DNA of 64,000 nucleotides from the human T2T-CHM13v2.0 reference genome, Homo sapiens: the NCBI RefSeq assembly GCF_009914755.1, contig NC_060938.1. One strand, written 5' to 3'. Positions 31,582-44,344 of this stretch are shown here, piece after piece. The notes beneath the pieces are model-generated. The model was not told the DNA's origin. It ran no database searches and saw only the letters and a list, made by a program, of their open reading frames with translations. The stretch's first letter is position 1; every line of letters begins with the position of its first letter. A program made the position numbers and the translations under genes.

Positions 31582-31957
31582 TATCAAAACTAGGTCAGTA
31601 GGATCCCCACAGCAATGCTGGTAAGGCCTGCATAAAATGCCAAGTGAACAGAATAGTTGTGGCATTCCTTCCCGCTCACATGGCTGTAGACCCAGAAGAT
31701 CTCCAAATGAGGCAAATGATAATAAATGCCACAGATTTATATGGCTCTGGCTCTGCCTTGTCAGGTTAAGAACAGCTTCTCGTGGTATAGGGCAGAGTGT
31801 TTTAGGCTGTTTTTAGGTCTGAGATCTTTATTTTAAAATTGAAATTAAACCAGGCAGGAAAGAAGTCGTAAGGGACATGTGTTTGAAACTGTGGTGTTTT
31901 CTGAGCAAACTTGTCTGTAATTTAAAATTGAACCTAGAAAAAAATCATTGCTCCATT

Positions 31958-32265
<308 letters not shown>

Positions 32266-32545
32266 ATTTGCTTTTGAGCAGGTGGAGAAAGGAGACAGGA
32301 AGGGCTGACATCTTAGGGCTGTTTGGTAGGCACGACCTTTAAGGCGAAGGTTTTGTGCATTTCAACTCCCTGATTTCCTTTCCAACTTTTCAAATAGCAA
32401 CTCTTGAATTCAAACATGACAATCAGAGAGTAGTCTTCCCTCACTGGCACTCACCACAGACAGCCCAGATGTCACAAAGCAAGACCCTCCTGGTTAAAAA
32501 TGCCTGAAGACCACTCTCTATGTGTTTGTTCTCAGAACATATTTT

Positions 32546-32858
32546 GTTTGTTTTGTTTTGTGTTTTGAGACAGGGTCTCGCTGTGTCCCCCAGGCTGGAG
32601 TGCAGTGGCATGATCTCAGCTCACTGCGACCTCCATCCGCTAGGCTGAAGTGATTCTCCCACCTCAGCTTCCTGCGTAGCTGGGACTATAGGCGGGCACC
32701 ACCATGCCCAAATAATTTTTTTTTTTTTTTGGTATTTTTAGTAGAGACAGGGTCTCACCATGTTGCCCAGGCTAGTCTCGAACTTCTGGGCTCAAGCTAT
32801 CCACCCGCCTCAGCTTCCCACAGTGCTGGGATTATAGCCGTGAGCCACTGTGCCCAGC
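32546..32858 (-). mobile_element. AluJb-like
   Basis: Dimeric Alu, cttctgggctcaagc; degenerate TSD tca(g/a)aac..atttt. Confidence 0.88.
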
Positions 32859-33847
32859 TCAAAACGCATTTTTGATGTACATAAGCATTCCCATATTCTA
32901 GACCAGATCCTTTCTTTACTGGTCTCCTTTACCCAAAGAAAATAAATCTATCCCCTAATATTTACAGGACATTGATGCTTTCTTATGCATTATCTGAGAG
33001 ATAAAAGGCAAAATCTTCTGGTTTTGTAAGTGTGTCCAAGTTCAACTAGACTCATATCTGTTAATGCCAGCAAAGCAGGAGGGGGGAGTGTTTTGGGGAG
33101 AAACAACTCATCTTTTAAAAATATCCTTACTCATTGTGTATTGTATTTTGTGTTACTCATATTATATGAAATTTAGGACTAGAATAATAAACATTTTTCT
33201 CTAGAGCAAATGAAGTATTTTGCTGATTTTTCATGTATAAAAATGTCCTACCTACACACAGTCTTGATGATTTTCACTCAAGAAATGAATTTTCTTGAAT
33301 GGGAATATTTTGTGGTAGGGACACCAGGATAAGTCTTGTTAATGGGGAGAAAAGCATTTTTCTTTATATTAATGTTATATTTTGTATAAATTAGAAATTA
33401 ATCATTTAGAGTTTGTTACATCAACTTTGATGTTTTACTGGAAAGCAGTGGTTATAAATGTCTGTCTTCCATTTGTGTTCTTAATACGTGGTCATTCTTA
33501 GAGAAAACTCTTCTCAGATAACCAGGCAACGAATGGAGGGACTGTTCAGGGCCTATCTAGGGAAGCAGGATGTAGGATTATGATGGGCCTCAGAGGCAGG
33601 CGTGTGATGTTATCTTCAAATGAGCTTATACATAAAGTTGTGCTTTGTGTTAAAGGCACTGACTTGATAAATGTGAACATTTAAAATATGTCACATTTGG
33701 GTAATTCTGCTTTGGCACTGAAGAACTTTGAAAAAATAGAAATAGCCCAGGCCTCCGTAGAAAGAGCTTTGTTGATTTGTTCCTGAGTGTGAAGAGCAGT
33801 GATTTGGGCTGAGAGAGGACTCCTGCCCCTGGATAAGCATCTGGGCC

Positions 33848-34127
33848 TGTGGGTCACAACTGTGGCTCCCCTAGGAATCCTCCTGGAGCTTTGACATCAC
33901 TAATTTCTGGTTTCAGCCCTCATGGTTCTGATTTGACTGGTCTGTCGTGCAGCGTAGGCGTGGGGAGTTTTGCTCCTCAAAGGGTGTCTGTGCATCAGCA
34001 GCACTGGTGGCATCACCTGGGAGGTGTTAGATACACAGATTCTCAGGCCCCACCCTAGCCCTGCTGAATCAGAACCTGCATTTCAACAAGAACCCCAGGT
34101 ATACATGTTAAAGTCTGAGAAGCACTT
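33848..34127. mobile_element. MER5B/MER5A hAT fossils
   Basis: ggcatcacctgggaggtgttagatacacagattctcaggccccaccc...gaatcagaacctgcatttcaacaag...aaagtctgagaagcact. Confidence 0.7.
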
Positions 34128-34677
34128 TTTACAGCCATCTTAGGCCGATCGGTCTGAATGTCACCTGAAAATGAAAGTGTTCTAGGATTGGTTGTTTTCC
34201 GTCACCTCCACTAGACTGTCAGCCCTGTGAGGGCAGGACCTGTTTGGTTTAACACTCTTCTCCCAGCTCCCATGAGTGCACCAGCCCTGCCGGGGCTTGT
34301 GTGGGTTCTGCCAATGTATCCCCCAGGGACTCTCCTTGCCCTGTTCCCACATCAGGCCAGCTCTCTTTCTTCTGAGACGCTGATGGCCTTGCTGCTTTGT
34401 GGTCCCATGAGGCATCTCTGCTGGTCTGCCCATCTATACCTGGTATTGCTCCTATGTTTTTGCTCTCAGAGGGCCATCTTATTGCTCCCACTTCCAGCTT
34501 CTCAATAGGGCCTCAGTGTAATCTTCATGAACTTTCCAAATTGTTTTTAGTCTCACAAAGCCCACTTCCATTCATTAAAGACCCTGAGCAGGTTGGAGAG
34601 CATTTATAGTCACAGCTGAGTCTGTGAATATAACCAACAACTGTGATGACCCCTCTGTTAATAAATAACTTGGACAT

Positions 34678-34681
<4 letters not shown>

Positions 34682-34715
<34 letters not shown>
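34682..34715 (+). repeat. Isolated (A)34 run
   Basis: Read directly; no adjacent Alu/L1 body. Confidence 0.95.
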
Positions 34716-34716
<1 letters not shown>

Positions 34717-35188
34717 CAGGGGGAGGAAATGTATAAAAGATTATTCCAAAGTATTAATTGTTGGCCACTGGAAAAATAATGGCTAATTCTGTTGGTAGAA
34801 ATAAAGAAGCCAAGGTAGGGATCAGTTGGGGAGAGCGGGGAGGGTGGGGACAAGGATATGCCTAATTTGCACTTGCTGAATTCGAGGGAAGGATAGGTAT
34901 CCATGTAGAAATGTTCTGAACATAGCTGGGGGATAACAACATGGGAGGTCCCAGTTATTACTGCAAAACCTCTTTTAGAGTCTCTTGACCTAGAATGTTA
35001 TCATTCTTTCCATTCTTCCTGAAACATTAGAAGGAAATGGACTATGGCTGCCCAGGGCCCCTTCTCCTCTAACTTAACCAGGAAGAAAAGAGAAGAATGG
35101 TTCTGTTTTCATAAGTTAGTGTGAGGGGACAATCTAACAGACAGTATCTGAGAGGAACTGGTTTGATTTCATCCACTCTTATTTAATT

Positions 35189-35483
<295 letters not shown>

Positions 35484-37222
35484 CACTCTTATTTAATTTC
35501 TATTATGCCCTCTCCGGTCACGTGATAACTTACATGCCAGTGTGCGATGTGGGAAAGAAAAAGAAGGCATCAGACATCACGGAAGGGCTCTGTATATTTC
35601 TCTTTCGGAACCACCTCCATTGACCCTTATTACACAAACCCTGACTGAGCCAAGGAGCCCAAACAGTGCAGATCTAAGAACTTTCGAAGACTACCTGCCC
35701 TGACAGCTATTTCAATGCTAGCGGGGAATTTCAGCAACAACCAATTTAACTGAGCACAAATGATGTGCTGACTGAAGTTTGGTAAAAAGCATGTAGTTGA
35801 GATTCAAAAGTAAATGCTGTCTCCTCTCTGAGTTGCTTGTGATTGTTAATAGACTGAAAACTGACCAAATTGGCAAGAAAGCAAATAGTTTTACTTATAT
35901 GGCTATACAATTATCCTCAATTACTAAATTCAGTTGGTGAGCACCATAATTACTTTGTAATATAAAGGGCAACCTGGGGAGAAGAGATTTTTTTTTTTTT
36001 TGTTTGGAGGTAAGTGGCCATAAATAACTAAATCAGAAAGGATACAGCACGGATATACAGTTTTTGTTGTTGTTGTTGTTTTTAAGTATCAGAAAAATAA
36101 ATACAACCTTTCAGGATGCTTTGCAAATGTAGGGATTTTGTCACTAATAGAAGTCTTTGAAATACATATCTGGAATGACAGCAATAGTCAGTCAGTGTGT
36201 GCTTCAGGATGAATTTATGACCTGAATTTGGTTTCCCATGCTTTCTTTAACACTGTGCTACTATGGCAAAGTTATCATTTCTTTTTTTTAACACCTAACC
36301 ATTTTTCTGGTGGATGGCTTCCTATGTCCCCCTCCCCCCAGCTCTTTCCCCACAGCCCATAAAAGGTTTTCAGGAGATTAGGCAATCCCCAAAACTGCCA
36401 ATGATAGTATTTTGCTAATTCTATAAATATTTCTGTAGACTTCACTCCAGTGAGACATAATTTCAGCAGTTGGAGTAATGGGCTTTCCTGCTGTTGCGTG
36501 CATTCAGATCGAAAGCTCTCTGACTTGCTGCGCAATTACTCCTATGTTTCTGCATTTCTGCTTCGTGACATTCTGTCATTAGTCTTCCCTGCACCAGGGT
36601 GTGAGGTTGTAGGGAATGGAATGTAAACATTGTCATTCTGAGATGAGCTGCCCGAAAGTTCAGCAGTGAAAATAGCAAGAATAAGTTTCCTTCCAGAACC
36701 TGGCAAAGCCATTTTGATTTGTTTGTGAACCCAGGTGGGGCTTGTTTATTGACAAACTGTGATTCTTCAGATCACCAGGTGATGTTTACAAAATGTAATG
36801 TTAAATCCCTCCATACCTCTTTAAAAATGTGTCCCCATATTTGCAAGTTTCTCAGAGAAAGGGCCACATAGTTAAGCAGCTGCTGGTTTGAAATGTAAAG
36901 TACTTAGAAAGTACCTAAGGAAAAGAGCTTTATAATAAATTTTTTAATCAAAATTTTGAACTCACCTTGTGCAGCTTTGCTCACGGGGCATGTTCAGCTC
37001 ATGACTAATGGTCACTCTTACTTGACTTTGCCTATTTTCTTCCCTACTTCATTTCCCCCATGCATTGTACCTTTAAATTGTCCCGCTCTAATTTGGTATC
37101 TCTTGACTTCTGCTTCAAACTTTTAGTTGTTTCCGAAGCATGCTAAGCAAAGTCTGTGTTTAGCTCCTGACCGAGGCTTGGTGTTGACTGTGGGACATAC
37201 TTACAGAATAGCAGCTCTACTG

Positions 37223-37226
<4 letters not shown>

Positions 37227-37273
<47 letters not shown>

Positions 37274-37297
37274 CGAGTGCGCGCATGTGCATGCATG
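37227..37297. repeat. (GT)19(GC)5 compound microsatellite with further alternating tail
   Basis: Read directly. Confidence 0.97.
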
Positions 37298-37994
37298 AGG
37301 GACAGAAAGAGACATCTTGTTTTTTTTTAGACTCTAGCTTCCAGGAGGTCAGGAAAAATAGTGGCTCTAGTTTAATTAACATCCTGTTTTAGCACCAGTT
37401 ACAGGGTCATTACCACAGTAAATGTTAGATGTTAGACTTTATCTCTTCTCCATCAGAATTTCACTTTCCACAGGATACTGTATTTCTTTCAGGCTAATCT
37501 ATATTTTAATGGCTTCTAAATTGTCAATTGAGATGGTAATTAGTTCTAATTTAGTGATAATGCTGTGAACATGGAGTAAGAAGCTAATTGACATGGCATG
37601 CTACCAACTAGAATTTTATGAACTAAAACTTCTTATCTCTTGCACAACAGTGAGTGTTCTCATTATAAAGGTGCCATTCAGGAAGGGAGAGTGGCTTTGC
37701 CCACAGGTGTTCGGTACCTTGTGGATACGTTGCTGATTGCTAGGTGATGGCCAACTTTGACTTTCCAAGTCGAACGGGTCTCCCTTAAACCTGCTTTTGG
37801 AAACTTGTACTAAAAACCCCTCCTATATGCATATTTAGTTAGGACATGTTTGTTTCCAGTTGCGTTTGTTTTTCCTACTAGATATAAGGAATTCCTATGG
37901 AGGCTGAGGGATATACAAGCAGGAGAACAGCAATTCTCTGTTCAACACATCTGGATTCTGGTAGAATAGCAATACATTCACTGAAAAGTTCTTA

Positions 37995-38198
37995 ATAGTT
38001 TACAGAAGACTTGCACATATGTGACTTCATTTGATCTCATAATTGAAGTCAGGGCAGGCATTATTATACCCATTTTAGAGCTGAAGAAACAGAAGTTCAG
38101 GGAAGTTAAATAGTTTGTCCGTGATTATTTGACTGGGTAAGTGGGAGAGCCAAGCCAAGGACTGGAGTCTTCTGACTCTTGCTTCAGGGTTTTTCTCC
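37995..38198 (-). mobile_element. MIR SINE
   Basis: attatacccattttagagctgaagaaacagaagttcagggaagttaaat core. Confidence 0.75.
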
Positions 38199-39315
38199 CA
38201 ATTACATCTTATTTCTCTGACCTGTTCATCCATATAATCTTATTCTGTAATTCTAAGCAATTGCTATTTCCTTAACAATTCGGAAAAATTACATAACTAT
38301 AACTCAACTAACTCATTACCTTTTTACATCCAACCCCCAGACTCTGGAATTAAATTTTCCTTCAGTACTTACCCTACCCTAGCTCAAGCTCAGAAAAACT
38401 GTCTTGGAAAAAGAGGTAAAAAGGACAGAAAGTAAAGAGAATCAGATTGAGGGGTGCTTCTGACTTTTTTTTTAAAGAAATTTTGTCATACAACTCCCCT
38501 AAGATGTGAGTCCTAAGGTTAACCAGAGTAGTTTTTCAAAGACGCAGCTTGTCCGTTACATTTGCTGCTCCGTGGCTGATCCTGTCCTGGACTAGCCTAC
38601 CAGAACGTTCTTTAGCCCATTCATTAGATGATCTAGCTCCTGAATATCTAGCACACAGACAGTCTTAATCCCTGATTTGTGTTTGTGTATGTGTTTGACT
38701 CTGATTTGCCTTTCAGATAGATTCCTTAGAAGCTCTACCAGAATGTGGACAGGAAAACAGTGGTGTGAGACCCTAACAAGTCAGCTCAGCTTTTTGTCAG
38801 CGGCTGTTACTGCCTGGGCAGGGTAGAAGTCATTGTTGAAGATGAGGTCTTTCGGTTACCAGGCAGTTTTTTACATCCTTCCTTGCCCTCCTCCTGCTCC
38901 TTTAAACCAGTGGGAGATGAGAAAGCCGAAGCTTTATCTGTGTCTCTCTGTTAATTTATTTGTAAACTGCAGGTCAAAAAGTAATATTATGTATAAAATC
39001 CAGACTAGACAATTGCTCGTTTCATGCAGAGAGGGTTTTAAAGGAAATCAGCTGACTTCCTGACTTGCTGAATGAAGTGTGAGTTTTAGTTTCTGTCCTG
39101 TTAGGAAATGACATGTGAATAGAGTTCTTGTATAAGCAGGCTTTTATTTTTGTCAATGGTTGGAAATTTGGGAAAAAGAGAAGAGAGGTCTGTTTATTTT
39201 AGCATATCAAGATTCATTTCTGTGGCACACACGCAGAAATGGGTATTTCTGAGTCTTGGTGGTCTCGAGCCTTGAAATTCCATTTCCTCTCCTCTCCTTC
39301 TCCCAGAGTTGTTGG

Positions 39316-39364
39316 ATTGCCATAGCAACATGACTCCTCCCCCACAACCCTGTAAGAGTAACTG
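39316..39364. promoter_or_regulatory. RFX X-box plus MYB site
   Basis: ATTGCCATAGCAAC 39316-39329 (one deviation from GTNRCC-N0-3-RGYAAC); TAACTG 39359-39364. Confidence 0.45.
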
Positions 39365-39560
39365 GTTACAGATTTAGCAGCAAGTCAGGCCGAGATCAAA
39401 ATCCAAATATAGGGCCCTGATCACAGAAGGTGGGAGGACTGAGGCCGAAGACTGCTCTGTGTCCCTTCCTGGGGCTGCATGTGAAGTGACAGGCGCTTTG
39501 CCCGGACGGTCTAGGTGGTGCTGCTTGGAGACTCCGCCGGCCTTCATGAGCATCACTGCC

Positions 39561-39722
39561 ATGTCACAGAGGGGTCTGCACCAAGGAAGGGAATTGAATA
39601 ATGGCATGGATGAAGAATATTTACTGCAGCAGTATAACTCTGCATCAGATGAAATTGCTGATGCTCTGAAAGTCAAGCATGAGACTATTGGGGAAGCAGC
39701 TATGGAAATAGGCCTTCAGTAG
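39561..39722 (+). CDS. Candidate alternative first coding exon or 53-aa small ORF (MSQRGLHQGRELNNGMDEEYLLQQYNSASDEIADALKVKHETIGEAAMEIGLQ)
   Basis: Non-repeat DNA; in-frame gccATGt (39561) and ggcATGg (39606); donor-like CA|GTAGGT after 39718; AATAAA 39733; upstream X-box. No homologue recognised. Confidence 0.3.
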   Translation: MSQRGLHQGRELNNGMDEEYLLQQYNSASDEIADALKVKHETIGEAAMEIGLQ

Positions 39723-39809
39723 GTGCTATAAAAATAAAGCATGCTCTGTCCCCAAGAATGCTTCCTAGGGGAGTCTTTGGGATGCTGAAAATGGTGATAA
39801 TCATATCAA

Positions 39810-40056
39810 CAATTGCTCATGTTGATTGAGTACTTAGTGTGTACCAGGCATTGTACTAAGTACTTGATAACTCATTTAATCCTCCTAACAACCGTTTGAC
39901 CTATGTGCTGCTATTTTACAGATAAGGAAACTGAGGCACTGGGAAGTTAATGAACTGCCTCAAAGTTATGTAGCTTGTAAGTGGCTGAGCTGGGATTTGA
40001 ACCTCTACAGTGTGGCTCCTTAATCCAGGTTCTTCATTCTCATAGTATTGTCTCTA
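39810..40056 (-). mobile_element. Near full-length MIR
   Basis: ttttacagataaggaaactgaggcac...gagctgggatttgaacc. Confidence 0.85.
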
Positions 40057-40134
40057 ATGGATCTGTATGGGCTCATAAATAGGGTGTTCAAGGAACCTTA
40101 ACTGTAGTTTTGGTTTTTTTTTAAACACAAATAT

Positions 40135-40607
40135 TGTTACAGGTTGAATTGTGTCCTGCCTCCCCCAGAATGTCAAAGTTCTAACCTCCAGTAGTTATGA
40201 ATGTGACCTTCTTTGGAAATAGGGTCTTTGCAGATGTAGACAAGTTAAAATGAAGTTATGACGTGATGGTGGGCCCTAATCCAATGTGACTGGGTATCCC
40301 TATAAGAAGCCGACAATGCCATATGAAGAGAGACACACAGGAAGAGCACCAGGTATTAATAATCACAGAGGCAGAGATTAGAGTGAGGCAGCTGCAAGCC
40401 AAGCAATGCCCAGGATTGACGGCCACCACCAGAAGCTTGGAAGAGGCAACGACAGATTCTACTTAGTGTCTCAGGGAGAGCATGGCCCTGCTGACACATC
40501 TTGATTTCAGACAACCTGATTTGTTTTCAGAACTGTGAGAATAAATTTCTGTTGTTTTAAGTTACCCAGTTTGTGGTATTTTACAGTCATCCTAGGAAGC
40601 TAATACA
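40135..40607 (+). mobile_element. MLT1B MaLR solo LTR
   Basis: TG...CA termini, 5-bp TSD aatat (40130, 40608), tttggaaatagggtctttgcagatgta, gagcatggccctgctgacac. Confidence 0.88.
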
Positions 40608-40861
40608 AATATGTTTTTATTGTACCAGATTCAATCAGTAAGCCCCAGTATGGCATACAGAGTGATACATGAATATTTCGTTTTATCTGTCCCTTCCCAT
40701 CTTATTGGTAACTGCTAATGACAGTTTATCTCCTTTCTATGCATGTATATTTATGTTAGTTTTTATATAATGAACCTATATTATATTCATTTTCTGCTAT
40801 TCTTTTTTTTCTTTAAAGCTTACTGGTATATTCTGGAGATCTCTAAGTATTTGGCTTAAAA

Positions 40862-41795
40862 ATTTTTTTTTCAATTGCGGTAAAATACAGTTTATCAACT
40901 TGGCCATTTTTAAGTGTACAGTTCAGTGGTATGAAGTGCATTCACATTGTTATGCAGCCATTACCACCATCCATCTTTAGAACTCTTTTAATCTTGCAAA
41001 AATGAAACTGTGTGTGTATATTAAACAATCACGCCCCATTACTTCCTTCCCCTGGCACCCACTGTTCTATTTTCTGTCTGTATGAATTTGACTCTTCTAG
41101 ATACCTCATATAAGTGGAATCATACAGGACTTATCCCTTTGTGTCTGGTTTATTTCATTAGCATAATGTCCTCAAGCATCATCATGTTGTAGCATGTGTC
41201 AGAATCTTCTTCCTTTTGGAGGTTGAATAATATTCCATTGTATGTATATATGTCATTTTGTTTACCCACTCATCTATCAGTGGACACTTGGGTTGCTTCC
41301 ACCCTTTGGCTATTGTGAATAATGCTGCTATGAACAGGGGTTTACAAAGATCTCTTTGAAATCCTACTTTCAATTATTTTGGGTATATATCGAGAAGTGG
41401 AATTGCTGGATCATATGGTGATTCTATTTTTAATATTTTGAGGAACTGCCATACTGTTTTCCATAGCAGCTGCATCATTTTACATTCCCACTAGCAATGC
41501 ACAAGGGTTCCAATTTCTCCATATCCTTGCCAACCCTTGTTATTTTCTGTCTTGTTTTTTAATAGTAGCCATCCCAATGAATATGAGATGATATTGCATT
41601 GTGGTTTTAATTTGCATTTCCTGAATGATGGGTGATGTTGGCCATCGTCCCATGTGCTTATTAGCCATTTGTATATCTTCTTTGGAGAAATGTTCATTCA
41701 GGTCCTTTCCCAATTTTTAAAATCAGATTGTATTTTGTTGTTGCATTGTAGGAGTTCTTTATATATTCTGAGTATTAACCCCTTATCAGATATAC
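40862..41795 (-). mobile_element. L1MB (L1MB3-like) 3' end including ORF2 C-terminal remnant
   Basis: ORF 41182-41373(-) reads FIAALFTIAKGWKQPKCP...IHTMEYYS, the L1 ORF2p C-terminus; 3' UTR taagtgtacagttcagtgg. Confidence 0.9.
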
Positions 41796-41959
41796 GTATG
41801 AGTCTTTAGCTTTTAAGCTGTTGTTTCTCTCTGCACCAGCTGAGAATGCTTTGGTGGTGGTGGTCATGGGGATATTGTATTCTCATTATCAGGCTTCTAG
41901 TGATAGGTTGTATCAAGGGGTATTTCACTATGGTGAGTTTTCTAACAGAGGAAGCAACA

Positions 41960-42103
41960 TGTATTAGTCAGGGTTCTCCAGAGAAAAAGAGCCAATAGGA
42001 TGTGTGTATGCATATATGTGTATATTTTATAATAAATATAATGTAACTACATATTTATAATTACATAGCTATATTTATTACACATATAATAAATCTTGTA
42101 TTT

Positions 42104-42144
<41 letters not shown>

Positions 42145-42571
42145 TGAGAAATCGGCTCACATGTGTATGAAGGCTGACAAGAGCTGCAGGCAGAGCCAGC
42201 AGGCTGGAGGTCCAGGAGAGCTGATGGTGTAGTTCCAGTCCAAGGGCTGATGGGCTCAAAACATGGGAAAAGCTGATGTTTCCATTTGAGTCCAAAGCAG
42301 GAAAAGGCTAATGTCCCAGTTCAAGGGCAGCCAAGCAGGAGGAATTCTCCCTTACTCAAGGGAGGATCAGCCTTTCTGTTCTGTTCAGGCCTTCAGCTGA
42401 TTGGGTAAGGCCCACCCACATTATGGATGGCACCCTGCTTTACTCAGGCCACTGATATAAATGTTAATCTCATCCCAAAACACCCATATAAAAACGTTCA
42501 GAATAACATATGGCCAAATATCTGGGCACCTCGTAGCTCAGTAAAGTTGACACATAAAACTAACAATCACA
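41960..42571 (-). mobile_element. MLT2B ERVL solo LTR with internal (TG)18
   Basis: tgtattagtcagggttctccagag ... aagttgacacataaaactaacaatcaca; TSD caaca/cagca; (TG)18 at 42108-42143. Confidence 0.88.
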
Positions 42572-43136
42572 CAGCACTAACAAATGATGCTGTCCTCCTC
42601 TGCCTCTGCTAATTAGTTTGAAGATGAAGAACATTCTCAGGGTCTTCATTTTCCTATAGGTTTTGTGGCTCAAGTCTGTTATTGAGCTCATTCCTTTTCA
42701 TGTGAAGGTATAACAAGACAAAGCAACTTTGGAGGGCTCCAGGTGGTCATTTCTAGGGCAGATGTTTCCCTTAGAATGATGTGGCCTCAAAGAAGGAGTT
42801 TTCCTTTTACTGAATCAATAATAATTTTTATAATCCCAAATTACTTAAATAATAACTGAAACTTTGTACATGTCCATGTAGCTTCTCTAAATCTCTCCTG
42901 CTTTTTAAGGCTTGAGCTGTTTTCTTTTTCTTTCATAACCTCACTGCTTCTTGCCCACTATCAGCATTTTTCTGACCCTGTATAAGCCTAAGTGAAATCC
43001 CTTGGGACATACATAGCTTCTTTATACTAAGAAACTTAAGTGTTGGTCTAAAGTATTAACAATTTTTGTGCATTTTTGGTAAAGAAAGTTCCTACAGTTT
43101 TACTCTCTGTCTCACCCCTAGATTTTTGGGCACTAC

Positions 43137-43250
43137 CGTTCATTCATTCAGAGTTACTATACACCAGGTAGGGTGCTAAATGCTGGGGGTATGGCACTGA
43201 ACTGTACACACAGAGTCCCTGCCCTCCTGGAGCTTACATTCTAGTGGGGT
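43137..43250 (-). mobile_element. L2 3' end
   Basis: ttcattcattca...gtccctgccctcctggagcttacattctagtgggg. Confidence 0.75.
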
Positions 43251-43489
43251 CTAGTGAGCTTACAAAGCTAGTACAATAAACATGCATTGCCTTCCCCACA
43301 CTACCACAGCCCCACTACAAAGAAAAACCAAAGCATTTTAGAGGATGACTATAGTAGAGTCAAGATGAACATGCACTAATAAACAAACCACTTACTATTA
43401 GATATACAAAAAAAATGCAAACGATTATACGGTAATGATTTGGCTGTACCCTTTTTCCTTTTGGAAATCTCAATCTGGTAATCTGTTTG

Positions 43490-44342
43490 TTTTTCATTAT
43501 TAATTTGAATAGTCAGTATGTGCATGTTTGTGCATACATGACAAAAACCAAAAGGCACAAAAGAATACACAGTAAAATGTAAATCTCCTACCCCTGCCCT
43601 GGCCACCTATAGTTTCCCTTTCCAGAGTAGCCACTGTTTTTACATAATTTCCCACTGTTCCTTATAGGTCTTTGCATAGAAGTATGCAAACATACACATT
43701 TGTGTTCTTAAAAACACCCCAAAACTCCAACAGGTTAAGCTCTACCCATTTGTTCTACACTTCACTTTTTTTTTCACTTAACAGCATGTCTTGATGATCA
43801 GCCCATACCAGTATGTATATAATGCATCATTCCTTTTGCTGGCTGCATGGTATTCCACCACAGGAATGTGTACTGGCAGGCAGTATTGCATAGAGACCAA
43901 GAACCTGTGGTCTGAATCCTCAATTTACCACTTATTAGCTATGCATCTTGGGTAAGTTACTTAAGCTCACTCTGTTTTAACTTTCTTATCTAAAATAGGA
44001 CGTATAACAGTACTTAACTCATAAGGTTGTTGTTAGGCACGTAGAAAGTACCTAATGTATTTTATCTGTCACTATGTATAGTAATTTATTTAAGGAGGCC
44101 CTATTGAAGGATAGTGAAGTTTTTGTCAACATTTTGCTTTTAGAAGCATCACAGCAATGAATAGTCCTGTAATATATATCATTTCACACATGTACAAGTT
44201 TATATTTAGAATAAATTCTTAGAAGTAGAATAGCTGGATCAAACAGCTAGGTATGTGATTTAGGTTCTGATGGAAACTGCCAGCTGGCTGTCTGAAGAGG
44301 TTATACCAACCTACAGTCCTAACCATAATGTATAAGGGTGGG
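43490..44342 (-). mobile_element. L1ME 3' fragment interrupted by a MIR (about 43875-44060, +)
   Basis: ttttcacttaacagcatgtcttg, tggctgcatggtattcca, tagaagtagaatagctggatcaaa; MIR core ccacttattagctatgcatcttgggtaagttacttaa. Confidence 0.65.
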
Positions 44343-44344
44343 CA

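Noticed and set aside
41182-41697. ORFs resembling L1 ORF2p
   Set aside because: Frameshifted remnants of a dead L1MB
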